From a virus (Duplodnaviria; Caudoviricetes), in the IMG/VR virus record IMGVR_UViG_3300012005_000007, positions 1 through 56,140 of that record: a stretch of DNA of 56,140 nt, one strand, 5' to 3'. The notes beneath the pieces are model-generated. The model worked only from the letters and a program-made list of their open reading frames with translations. It did no database searches and had not been told where the DNA came from. Positions within the stretch are counted from its first letter, which is position 1; each line of letters begins with the position of its first letter. A program made the translations under genes and the position numbers. Below, in pieces: positions 47,493 to 56,140 of the stretch.

Positions 47493-49583
47493 GTGTCAAA
47501 AACAGTTGATTTTAATGTAAATGCGAATGAAATTTACAATGTCTTTGATAAAGTTAAACAGAAGTCAAAAGCAATGTTTGACAATGAAGTTGAACAGGCA
47601 CAAAAGTACTCTAAAAATCTAAAAGAACAACTTAAATTACTTGAAGAAAAAGCAAGGCTTCTTGATAAATCAGCGAGAGGTTCTTCAAATAACATCACCA
47701 ATTTTACTGATACTTTCCACTCTACCAAACAATCCAAACTTTCCTCAATAGATAACGAATTAGCTGAAATAAAACAATCTCGTGCAAGTCTAAAGGAAAG
47801 TTTAAGAAAAAAAGAAATAACGGGAGCTCAATTCATTAGAGACCGTGATGAACTTGGAATAGAAGAAAAAGGTTTAATAGGACAAAGAAAATCAATATCT
47901 GGTTCTTCTGCACGAAATACAGATGAATACAAATCTCTAAAAGAAATTGAAAAAGCCTCAAAACTTACAGCATCTTCTTTTCGTGAAAATATTGACTTAA
48001 CCCGTACCTCAGGTAAAGATCTTGCAAAAGCAATTGTAATAGGAGATAAAGATGTTGCAGATGAAATACGAGAATCAGCACCATCAAGAACTTTAACTGA
48101 ACAACTTGCACAAAGTGAAATTGAAGATAAAAAGAAGCGTGAGGGATCAGGTGAAAAAGAAAAGGGTGGTGGAGTAGGGTCACTTGTTTCTCAAATAATG
48201 TCCTTCCAAGGATTAAGTAGACTTATAGGTACAGTTTCTAGTTTTAGTAATACTAAAAATGGTTTTGACCAGATAGCAAATGTAAGGAAAACAGAAGGTG
48301 AAGTAGGTGGTGCAGTTGTTGGTACAATAATTGGGTCTATATTAGAGGGTCCTGTAGGTGCTGGTATATTTGCTGATATGTTTTCTAATATTGCAGGCCA
48401 AATAATGGGGACTTCTGGTAAATTAGAACAACAAGGTAAGATAGGGACTCAACAGTTAGAAAAATCTTATTATACACGTAAAGCATTAACAGGCCAAGAT
48501 TATACAGTAGGCTCAAGATCTGATGTAGGCTTAAATCCAATGGAAGTTTTAAGTCTACAAATGGGAACTGCTCGTTCTATGGGAACTTCTAAAGACGTAG
48601 AACGTCAGACAGATCTTTCAGTTTTTTATGAAAAAGGTTTTGGTGTACAACAATCAACTTCTCAAACACTTGAGGAGTTATTAAGGTCTTCAAAGGAAGG
48701 TGATAAAGATATTGGTAATTTATTAGGAGGGATCTTAAAAGAAGGGCAAGGTAGTTTATTTAAAAATGGTGATAGAACTTTTCTTAATGAATTTTTACAG
48801 AAAAATTATACAACTCTACAACGTGAACTATTAAGAGGTCAGAATTCACCCTCTTCTGGTACCACAGCTGATATATTAATGAAATTTAACTCACTTGGAG
48901 GACCTTTTGCTGCAAAAGATTCTAGGTCAATGGGTTTAATAAGTCAGATTGATAATTCGTTAATTAATTCAAGTGATGAGGTTTCAAAACAGCGTAATCT
49001 CCAAGTTTTAAGAAGACTACATCCTAACTTTAATATAGAACAATTAAAGGAGGAGATGGATAAGGGTATTGGGGCAGATGGTTATTTCCAAGGAGTTATG
49101 GATGATGTTAGGAGTACAGGAGGCCCTAGATCTTCTCAAATACTAAACTTATCAGGAAGAACTGGTATAAAGGCATTTGAAGCAAGGCAATTATTAGAGG
49201 GTGGAGTAAGTTTTAAAAATCTTTCACAAAAATATCTTAAAACAGATAAAACTGATGGTTTTCTCAAAGAAAATGCAAGTAGTCTTACAAATGAAATGGA
49301 TAGGTCAGCTGCAAAAATAGAAGAAAGTCTTATTCAAGGAGGGTGGAAGGCAGCTCAAAAAATTTATGATGAAATAACAAGGGCATTAGATGGGGCAACT
49401 GTTACTGTAGTGGGAGATAAATTTGTTATAAATTCAAATACAAATATTAAAGAAAACTTAACTAGAAGTTCTAATGGTGTAGATATACTTAAAACTCCTA
49501 AGAGAGTAATAGTATCTTATAAAGATGCAAATGATGAAATGAACAACCGTATGTACACAGAAAGACCTTCTTGGGCTAAATAA
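47493..49583 (+). CDS. Tape measure protein
   Basis: Helical coiled coil plus Gly/Ala-rich hydrophobic segment; position after chaperones. Confidence 0.7.
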   Translation: MSKTVDFNVNANEIYNVFDKVKQKSKAMFDNEVEQAQKYSKNLKEQLKLLEEKARLLDKSARGSSNNITNFTDTFHSTKQSKLSSIDNELAEIKQSRASLKESLRKKEITGAQFIRDRDELGIEEKGLIGQRKSISGSSARNTDEYKSLKEIEKASKLTASSFRENIDLTRTSGKDLAKAIVIGDKDVADEIRESAPSRTLTEQLAQSEIEDKKKREGSGEKEKGGGVGSLVSQIMSFQGLSRLIGTVSSFSNTKNGFDQIANVRKTEGEVGGAVVGTIIGSILEGPVGAGIFADMFSNIAGQIMGTSGKLEQQGKIGTQQLEKSYYTRKALTGQDYTVGSRSDVGLNPMEVLSLQMGTARSMGTSKDVERQTDLSVFYEKGFGVQQSTSQTLEELLRSSKEGDKDIGNLLGGILKEGQGSLFKNGDRTFLNEFLQKNYTTLQRELLRGQNSPSSGTTADILMKFNSLGGPFAAKDSRSMGLISQIDNSLINSSDEVSKQRNLQVLRRLHPNFNIEQLKEEMDKGIGADGYFQGVMDDVRSTGGPRSSQILNLSGRTGIKAFEARQLLEGGVSFKNLSQKYLKTDKTDGFLKENASSLTNEMDRSAAKIEESLIQGGWKAAQKIYDEITRALDGATVTVVGDKFVINSNTNIKENLTRSSNGVDILKTPKRVIVSYKDANDEMNNRMYTERPSWAK

Positions 49584-49587
49584 ATAT

Positions 49588-52500
49588 ATGGACTTCTACA
49601 CCGTAACTTTCTCCTCTTCTGAATTAAAAACTGTGGGTGACTATTTAACCTCAGATGTTTGTCCTATAGAATTACCTGATGATAATTATAATCCTGTTAC
49701 CCTTTATTCTCATGCAAAAGATTTTTTAAGTTGGACAGATGATAAAATTACTAATCTTGATAGAATACTTGCATCTTATACACCTTCAGAATTAGCTGCA
49801 TATAATTCTTCTCCAAACCCTACCTTTTCTCCAGTTCTAACTTCCCCCTTAATAGTTAAACTTAAAACTGGTGTTAAATTCGTAATACCTCAAGACAAAG
49901 TCAATAGATACGGAATTGTAAACCAAGGACTTCAAATTGTTTCAACTGATGAACCAACTTTTAAAGCACATGAACTTGTAAAACTAGAATCAGATAGAGG
50001 TTATAACCATACTGATGGACCGATACCAAGTTCAGTTGAAAATGGTATAGTAAGACAATATTATCCAAATATAACTATATGGGTTTGGTGCCGGGCACTT
50101 TCTGAAAATAATCCAATACCTCAAACAAGTGGTTCTTTTATTAATAATTTAAAAGGACAAATATTTGACCTTTCCCCTTTTATTATACGTTCACAAACAT
50201 CTGTTGGTAAAAATGGAGGAAATTTTGATATAACACTACCACCACTTGTTTGTGAATTTGAAGGGGGTCATTGGGTTGTTAAAAAAAATTCTATAAAAAG
50301 TACTATTTCAAAAATAACGGGTAATAACGAATATTTATCTCAAGAATCCTTTTCAAAAATTAATACATCAACTAGTTCTCTTGAGCGTAACCAATTCTTA
50401 TTCCATAATATACTATCTACCAATGATTTGGTTTTTATACGCTTTGAGACACTCAATATGGAGTCAGAACAAAGGTATAGCGATGCGACCAATTTCTTTT
50501 TGAATAAAGATAGACTTGGGGGTCGTATTTATGATATGATAGGACTTATTGACTCTAATTCATTTTCATATAATCCAGAAACAAACGATGTAAGTATTCA
50601 GGTATCAGGACGAGATCTTTCAAAACTTTTTATAGATGATGGTGCATATTTTTACGCACTAGAATTATCACAAGGTAAAGCAAATTTTGCAAGTTCACAG
50701 GCAAAAAATGTACTAACACAGCGTGTTTTCTTTGATAATGCACGGGGATTTCAAAATTTGTACTATAATAATTCTATTGAAAACGTATTTAGATTTGTTA
50801 TACAACAGTTATCAACAATTGGGGTAGTACCAGATGATTTATTTACCTCCTATGTTGATAAGTCAAAAAGTGATGGTTCAACTTTTGGTCAAACAGGTCC
50901 TTTAGGACTTTTAGGTATTATAAAGAAACATGATAATGACAGACGAAATTACCAATATCAACCATCAGGTCAATCTCAAAATGAACAACAAAAATCAATA
51001 TCAATAACTGATGGTTATATAACAAAGGCAAAAAATGAACTTTCAAGGTTAAGAAAATTATATGGGTACCAGTATATGGATACAGGACAGAATGTTGTTA
51101 ATCAAAAAGGGGAAGAAGATGAAATAAATACTACCTATAATCTTCTTTATGATTTTATATCTTTTTTAAGAGAACCTGATAACCAAAAAACTACAGTAAG
51201 ACAAGTAACAGGTAATACAACAAGTGGGTGGAAACCAGTTTTTTATAACTCTACAAACTTACAGTCTAACCAATTTCCTACAGACTTTAATATATTTCCT
51301 AATCAATTTACACAACCAATAAATGGAAATACATACCTTTCTTCAGCTGTTTCTCAATTAATTAGTTATATTGATAACGTTATAGATTCACAAAAATCTT
51401 CAGATTATCAAGAAATACCTGTAGAAAAACTATCAACTGGTATTTGGCAAATAATTGATTTAGTACTGGATAGTTCAATTGCAGCAAGAAGACTTGTTGA
51501 TAGTTCAATTTCATCTTCTCAGGGTTCTCTACTTAATTTTTTCAGAAAAGCATGCCAAGATCCATTTGTTGAGTATTTTTCTGATACTTATTCTGATAAA
51601 TTTGTTTTAACTATTCGTAGACCACCTTATAATGCAGAGGGAGTAAAAACATTACTTAATGGTAAAGTAAAAACTGAAATTACAAGTCAAGCGGTAACCG
51701 GTTCAACAATAACAATTAATGAACATAATGTACTTCAAGAATCATTATCTTTTGATGATACAGAAGTATATTCATGGTATAACCTTAAACCAATTGCTTC
51801 AATGAGTGCAGGGGCAGCGAATTTTGCAACTGCTTATTTACCTGCAATTTATTTACCTGAATATGCAGAAATTTGGGGATCAAGACCCTATGAGGCAGTT
51901 TCAAATTATATACCATATTTACCACTTGATAATAAAAATGTAAAAATATCTACTGAATTAAAACAATGTTATATAGACCTTGCATATTTAGTTGAGTCTC
52001 ATGCACATTTACCTTTTACTCGTAAAGGAACATTGGTCTTAAATGGGGATAGACGTATAAAAATAGGAAACCTGATACGATATGAACCAACTGGTGAAAT
52101 ATTTTTAGTAGATGCAGTTTCTCAAACTTATATGATAAATGAAGGTAAAGTTGATAGAACAACAACGGTACAGGTAAGTCGTGGAATGATTGAACAACTT
52201 ATATATGGGGTTGATATTCAATTTGGTTCACATACTAAAAAGGTAAGTTATTTTAATATTGTTAATACAGACCTTAATTTTAATTTAACTAAAACAATTG
52301 TTGTAACTACACCAAAAACTGTTAATAATCCAAACTATTCACCAACTTCAGATTCTACTGATAATTCAGGTGATCCATTAAAAACACCAGAGACATTACA
52401 ACAAACTATATTATCTTCTTTTCAAAAAATTACCAATCCATTAATATTATCAGGTTATAATCTATGGTATATACAAAAACTAGATATATCTGTTCAATCT

Positions 52501-53007
52501 AAGTTTACCTCATTTTTACAACAAGCTCAAAAACTTGGTTGGAATCCAATAATTAAAGATGGTAAACGTAGTTATGCACAGCAATTAGAATACTATAAAA
52601 AAACTCCTGAACTTTATAATAATATACCTCCAACCACAACCGCCCCTCATGTTGCAGGTTTTGCAATTGATGTAAACTTTGTTAATAGTTCAGGTACAAA
52701 TTTAGGACAGAAAACTCCAAAATCTGAGTGGGAATTAAGTGGTATTACAAAAATTGCAGATTCACTTGGTTTAAGGTGGGGTGGAACATTTACTGGTGGT
52801 ACTGATAATAATCATTTTGATTATAAAGGTAATTCAAACCAAAATAGTCAACCACAACAAATTACGGAAAATACTTATACAACTCAAGAGGTACCTGATG
52901 AAACCAAATTATTACAAAATTTTGTAGTAGATAGAGACATATTTGGATTCTTTTTACGTAAACAGCAGATACAGTATGCAAATACCGAATTTATAAATAG
53001 GACTTAA
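49588..53007 (+). CDS. Baseplate hub / tail-associated protein with M15 peptidoglycan peptidase domain
   Basis: VSGRDLSKL, RRPPY and RKGTLVLNGDRRIKIG hub motifs; inserted GKRSYAQQ...PHVAGFAIDV...GLRWGG..DNNHFD. Confidence 0.75.
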   Translation: MDFYTVTFSSSELKTVGDYLTSDVCPIELPDDNYNPVTLYSHAKDFLSWTDDKITNLDRILASYTPSELAAYNSSPNPTFSPVLTSPLIVKLKTGVKFVIPQDKVNRYGIVNQGLQIVSTDEPTFKAHELVKLESDRGYNHTDGPIPSSVENGIVRQYYPNITIWVWCRALSENNPIPQTSGSFINNLKGQIFDLSPFIIRSQTSVGKNGGNFDITLPPLVCEFEGGHWVVKKNSIKSTISKITGNNEYLSQESFSKINTSTSSLERNQFLFHNILSTNDLVFIRFETLNMESEQRYSDATNFFLNKDRLGGRIYDMIGLIDSNSFSYNPETNDVSIQVSGRDLSKLFIDDGAYFYALELSQGKANFASSQAKNVLTQRVFFDNARGFQNLYYNNSIENVFRFVIQQLSTIGVVPDDLFTSYVDKSKSDGSTFGQTGPLGLLGIIKKHDNDRRNYQYQPSGQSQNEQQKSISITDGYITKAKNELSRLRKLYGYQYMDTGQNVVNQKGEEDEINTTYNLLYDFISFLREPDNQKTTVRQVTGNTTSGWKPVFYNSTNLQSNQFPTDFNIFPNQFTQPINGNTYLSSAVSQLISYIDNVIDSQKSSDYQEIPVEKLSTGIWQIIDLVLDSSIAARRLVDSSISSSQGSLLNFFRKACQDPFVEYFSDTYSDKFVLTIRRPPYNAEGVKTLLNGKVKTEITSQAVTGSTITINEHNVLQESLSFDDTEVYSWYNLKPIASMSAGAANFATAYLPAIYLPEYAEIWGSRPYEAVSNYIPYLPLDNKNVKISTELKQCYIDLAYLVESHAHLPFTRKGTLVLNGDRRIKIGNLIRYEPTGEIFLVDAVSQTYMINEGKVDRTTTVQVSRGMIEQLIYGVDIQFGSHTKKVSYFNIVNTDLNFNLTKTIVVTTPKTVNNPNYSPTSDSTDNSGDPLKTPETLQQTILSSFQKITNPLILSGYNLWYIQKLDISVQSKFTSFLQQAQKLGWNPIIKDGKRSYAQQLEYYKKTPELYNNIPPTTTAPHVAGFAIDVNFVNSSGTNLGQKTPKSEWELSGITKIADSLGLRWGGTFTGGTDNNHFDYKGNSNQNSQPQQITENTYTTQEVPDETKLLQNFVVDRDIFGFFLRKQQIQYANTEFINRT

Positions 53008-53054
53008 TTTTGTTTTTAAATAATATATACATATTTTTATAAAAATTTTAAAAA

Positions 53055-53492
53055 ATGGTTAATAATCTAAATAAAGGTAGAGCTGCAACAATATTATCTT
53101 GTTACTCAAATGTGGATACAATTTTGAAATCTGAAGATAAAGGTGACCTAGAAAAAGGTGGAGAGGGGAGTCGAGGTGGAAAGGTTATCGGACACACTCA
53201 AAGTGGAAAACCTATTTATGAAACTTCAGAACATACTAAAAAAGTCCTAAAAACCTTAGATAAGCATGTTTCAGTGAACCATACTCCTGATGAAAATGGT
53301 CATCATGAAATTACTTATGCTCGAGAAGAGTTAGGCAGGTATGAACCTGAAAATAAAAGAGTTGTACTAACAAATAATATTGGTTATTATCAAGATGGAA
53401 GATATAATGTAGAATTAGGTCCTCATCAAGGACGTTTTGAAAGAGATTTAGAGAACCATGAGGTACATGTACATGATGAAGATTATGAATAA
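53055..53492 (+). CDS. Small tagged protein
   Basis: ILSCY leader; LEK|GGEGSRGGKVIGHTQSGKPIY. Confidence 0.75.
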   Translation: MVNNLNKGRAATILSCYSNVDTILKSEDKGDLEKGGEGSRGGKVIGHTQSGKPIYETSEHTKKVLKTLDKHVSVNHTPDENGHHEITYAREELGRYEPENKRVVLTNNIGYYQDGRYNVELGPHQGRFERDLENHEVHVHDEDYE

Positions 53493-53532
53493 AGATAAGA
53501 AAATTTCGCAAAAATAAAAATTATGAGTGATG

Positions 53533-53562
53533 AACCTTCAAATTAATTTTTGAGGGTTTTTT
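53533..53562 (+). terminator. Intrinsic terminator overlapping promoter GTTTTTT-N22-TAAATTTG (53556-53592)
   Basis: AACCTTCAAA/TTTGAGGGTT stem plus T run. Confidence 0.6.
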
Positions 53563-53589
53563 ATTTTCTCAACATTCTTATTCTTAAAT

Positions 53590-54417
53590 TTGGATGTGAC
53601 TAATCCTGTAGGTACAACTCAACTCGCAACCACTAATTTTAATGGGGGATTAGGGTACGTATGTATCCCAAATGATATATCAAGGGATAAGTATATTAAA
53701 CTTTGTTATCTTCAAAATAGGGTTACCATAAAAACTGAGGACGGGGGGTTTTTCAATCGAGTTATGATTGACCCGATGGTTCTTAACTTTATAGAATTCC
53801 CACTTGATAATACAACACTTGGAAGTCAAGTTATTTGGATTAATTTACCTCCAAATAATATCCCGGTAATTGTGGGGAGAGTACCAAAAAATGACCACTT
53901 ATCAGGACTAGGAGAACATAAATTTAAAATTAATAGATTATTTGGAGATAACTTCGTAGAATTTTCAGGAGACCCTAAAAACTCAATACTTGGGATAACA
54001 GTAAGTGGAACTTCAGGTGGTGAAATTGATATAAATATTATCAACAGTGATAATAAAGGACAACTAAAGCTAAATATACAGGGGAACATAATAGTTGATA
54101 GTCAAAACGTAGCTTTAAACCAATCAGTATCTGCCTCAATAACAACCACAGATAATGATAGTGGTGACAGTTCAACATTTGTACAAACAACTGAAGAAAA
54201 CCATTTTAATAACAATAAATTTTCAATAAACCAAGGTACTGAACCTATAACACTTGGAAATCAGGCAAAGGAAATATTTAATAAACTCTTTGATATATTA
54301 GGACAAACAACTACTACTACTGCACTTGGGCAGATGCCAATACTAACAGCTCAGCAAATAGTAGACTTAAAAGATTCTACTGATAAAATATTGTCACAAA
54401 TTGCATTTACAGATTAA
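53590..54417 (+). CDS. Putative baseplate spike / gpV-like protein
   Basis: OB-fold-like FP....GSQVIW...PVIVG, beta-rich C-terminus EPITLG; start may be GTG 53596. Confidence 0.55.
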   Translation: MDVTNPVGTTQLATTNFNGGLGYVCIPNDISRDKYIKLCYLQNRVTIKTEDGGFFNRVMIDPMVLNFIEFPLDNTTLGSQVIWINLPPNNIPVIVGRVPKNDHLSGLGEHKFKINRLFGDNFVEFSGDPKNSILGITVSGTSGGEIDINIINSDNKGQLKLNIQGNIIVDSQNVALNQSVSASITTTDNDSGDSSTFVQTTEENHFNNNKFSINQGTEPITLGNQAKEIFNKLFDILGQTTTTTALGQMPILTAQQIVDLKDSTDKILSQIAFTD

Positions 54418-54429
54418 GATAATTTATAT

Positions 54430-54669
54430 ATGCTAGTACAAGGAGAATTTTCACAAGCTCTTAATACATTTATTACAAATGTAAATAAAGTAGCTGTAGA
54501 TGACCAGGAAACTGCAATAACTAATTATTGTAACATGATTGAGGAGCTTGTTTATAACGCTATAAAGTCTGCAACAATTACAATATTACCAGGTAAAATA
54601 ATAACTGTAGGGTCACCAACAACTCAAACAAACGTAAGTCCAATAATTTTAGAAACAAGTATAGAGTAA
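54430..54669 (+). CDS. Small baseplate-associated protein
   Basis: 79 aa, following the spike gene. Confidence 0.55.
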   Translation: MLVQGEFSQALNTFITNVNKVAVDDQETAITNYCNMIEELVYNAIKSATITILPGKIITVGSPTTQTNVSPIILETSIE

Positions 54670-55388
54670 TGGGGATTGGAATAACTGATGCAATAACAAA
54701 AAGAAATGCACTACTTGGACAAGGTGGTCAAATAGGACTTAATCTTGCATATCCAGATGAGTTTGAACTCTATGTATTTGCACTTGAGGTAGTTGATAAG
54801 AATTTTACAACAACTGATTATTTTATTTTTCCTATTAATCCCTCAAATTTTTCAGAACAAAAACAAGAAATAACAAATATTAAAAAAACAAGTGGTGGTA
54901 TAACAGTATTAACTAATCCAAACTTTGTACCAATTGATATAACAATGTCTGGAAATTTTGGAGGAAAGGCATTTAAAGTATTAATAGGGGACTCAACCCA
55001 AAACTTAATAGGTGCATTTATAACAGATACCTCAGTTACACAAGCTGTTTTTGATAATGATGTAAAAACTGGGTACGGACTAACAAAAATACTTGAAAAA
55101 CTGATTAGTAAATTAAAAAAAACAGATCAAAACGGTCCTTATAAGCTAATTTTTTATAATCTTTCAAGAGGAACCACTTATTTTGTAGTACCTATGTCTT
55201 TAAATTTTTCTCAATCACAAGAATCTAATATGATATGGAACTATTCTTTACAGCTAAAGGCAGTTGCAGATGCAAAAAATTTGGTAGGAGCTGATAAACT
55301 AAAAGATGACAAACAATTAGTACTTGATAGTTATACACAAAAACAAGTACAGTCACTTTTAACCGCAATTGATAAAATAAGAATATAA
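54669..55388 (+). CDS. Baseplate / tail-tube initiator protein
   Basis: YFIFPINPSN, KTSGG, ITMSGNFG, LIFYN and WNYSLQL motifs. Confidence 0.65.
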   Translation: MGIGITDAITKRNALLGQGGQIGLNLAYPDEFELYVFALEVVDKNFTTTDYFIFPINPSNFSEQKQEITNIKKTSGGITVLTNPNFVPIDITMSGNFGGKAFKVLIGDSTQNLIGAFITDTSVTQAVFDNDVKTGYGLTKILEKLISKLKKTDQNGPYKLIFYNLSRGTTYFVVPMSLNFSQSQESNMIWNYSLQLKAVADAKNLVGADKLKDDKQLVLDSYTQKQVQSLLTAIDKIRI

Positions 55389-55405
55389 TTTTAGAATAAA
55401 ATTTG

Positions 55406-56140
55406 ATGAGTATAATTGATGACTTCAAGAAAAAAACAGGGGTAGATTTAAATAACTTCTTCTCATCTGTTACTTCATTTTTTAATACTGACTACCAAAC
55501 CTTAGTCCAATATTATACAGGACAATCTAAAACTATAAGTTCCGTTCCTTACCAAAACCTTCAGTCACTTCAATCACAATTAAGTTCAATTTTTTCTACA
55601 TTTCAAAATTTTAAAAATTCATTAGGAGAATATAAATACTACGAATTATTAGATATAATCGAACAAATAGATAGCCGTGTACAAACCACTCAAAATATAA
55701 ACCGCTGGAGCCGTTCATCTGCAACAACGGTCGCTTATGCACCGGTTCAAGAACTTAACTATACACTTTCTGAATACGAATCTTTAGAAAAGGTTGCACA
55801 AAATATACTAAATTCCCAAAATCCGGAAGACGATTGGTATGGTATAGCATTAAGAAATAATTTAGAAGAAGAAGATTATACATCTGAAGGAGGTACAAAT
55901 ATCCAAGTACCAGGAAATAAACAATCAGTTTACGCCTTTCCATTAAACTCGGTGGTCGATGTAATAAATGGTAAATCAGTTTACGGTAAAGATATACAAA
56001 AAGAACTAACCATCGACCCCGTAACTCAAGATATTGTAGTACTCGGTTATGATGATACGATAAACCAAGCATGTGAAATCTTAGGGGGATTAAAAAAGAA
56101 CTCAAATCCAGATTTCAGAAATAGTGGACTCCAAAAAAGT
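55406..56140 (+). CDS. 3'-truncated baseplate protein (LysM-like segment; gp25-like end)
   Basis: Read manually: MSIIDDFKKKTGVD... open to the window end; ESLEKVAQNIL...DDWYGIALRNNL; YGKDI. Confidence 0.65.
   Translation, partial: MSIIDDFKKKTGVDLNNFFSSVTSFFNTDYQTLVQYYTGQSKTISSVPYQNLQSLQSQLSSIFSTFQNFKNSLGEYKYYELLDIIEQIDSRVQTTQNINRWSRSSATTVAYAPVQELNYTLSEYESLEKVAQNILNSQNPEDDWYGIALRNNLEEEDYTSEGGTNIQVPGNKQSVYAFPLNSVVDVINGKSVYGKDIQKELTIDPVTQDIVVLGYDDTINQACEILGGLKKNSNPDFRNSGLQKS

Noticed and set aside
4319-56105. Short minus-strand and nested ORFs in the six-frame track (e.g. 27851-28354, 30961-31329, 31381-31854, 55755-56105)
   Set aside because: They are antisense shadows of well-supported plus-strand genes with no motifs or expression signals.
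1-56140. Genome-wide stop-codon reassignment (prompted by the TGA at 46470)
   Set aside because: Genes are long and intact in code 11; TGA and TAG end many genes cleanly at the next start, and TGG is used normally.
1-56140. tRNA or rRNA genes
   Set aside because: No cloverleaf or T-loop (GTTCGA/GTTCAA) context recognised in the intergenic gaps by eye; a tRNAscan run would be needed to exclude them fully.

Overview
AT-rich segment of a large contractile-tailed (myovirus) phage genome with a Herelleviridae-like (SPO1/Twort/K-type) head and tail gene order. The host is probably a Bacteroidota member: promoters end in TAnnTTT(A/G) boxes, ribosome-binding regions are A-rich and lack SD sequences, there is a u-spanin, and one protein has a Gln-rule signal peptide. 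Bases 1-6.1 kb hold early/accessory genes (nucleotidyltransferase, HNH endonuclease, PNK/phosphatase, methyltransferase), followed by a lone tnpB. Bases 8.4-56 kb are the virion module: portal, lysis genes, MuF-like head protein, prohead protease-scaffold, major capsid, neck, fibre, sheath, tube, chaperones, tape measure, hub with an M15 peptidase, and baseplate. It is interrupted by three GIY-YIG-type homing endonucleases and two islands that share an early-type promoter. The most striking signal is a dispersed family of about 8-9 modular proteins built from (i) an N-terminal ILxxY leader, (ii) [LIVFM]xK|[GAS] sites matching the predicted capsid maturation cleavage (ELQK24|A) and (iii) short conserved tags right after those sites (GGEGSRGGKVIGHTxSGKPIY; AEIGEVRTW..KWVK..DGW), fused to variable cargo (Nudix, P-loop ATPase, zincin, His-rich and unknown domains). 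This looks like a system for packaging, protease-processing and injecting effector polyproteins. A phage-specific bipartite promoter, GTAGTTT-N22-TAnnTTTA, was also found by eye, and one copy sits directly upstream of tnpB. All protein family calls are from motif recognition and synteny, not database searches.
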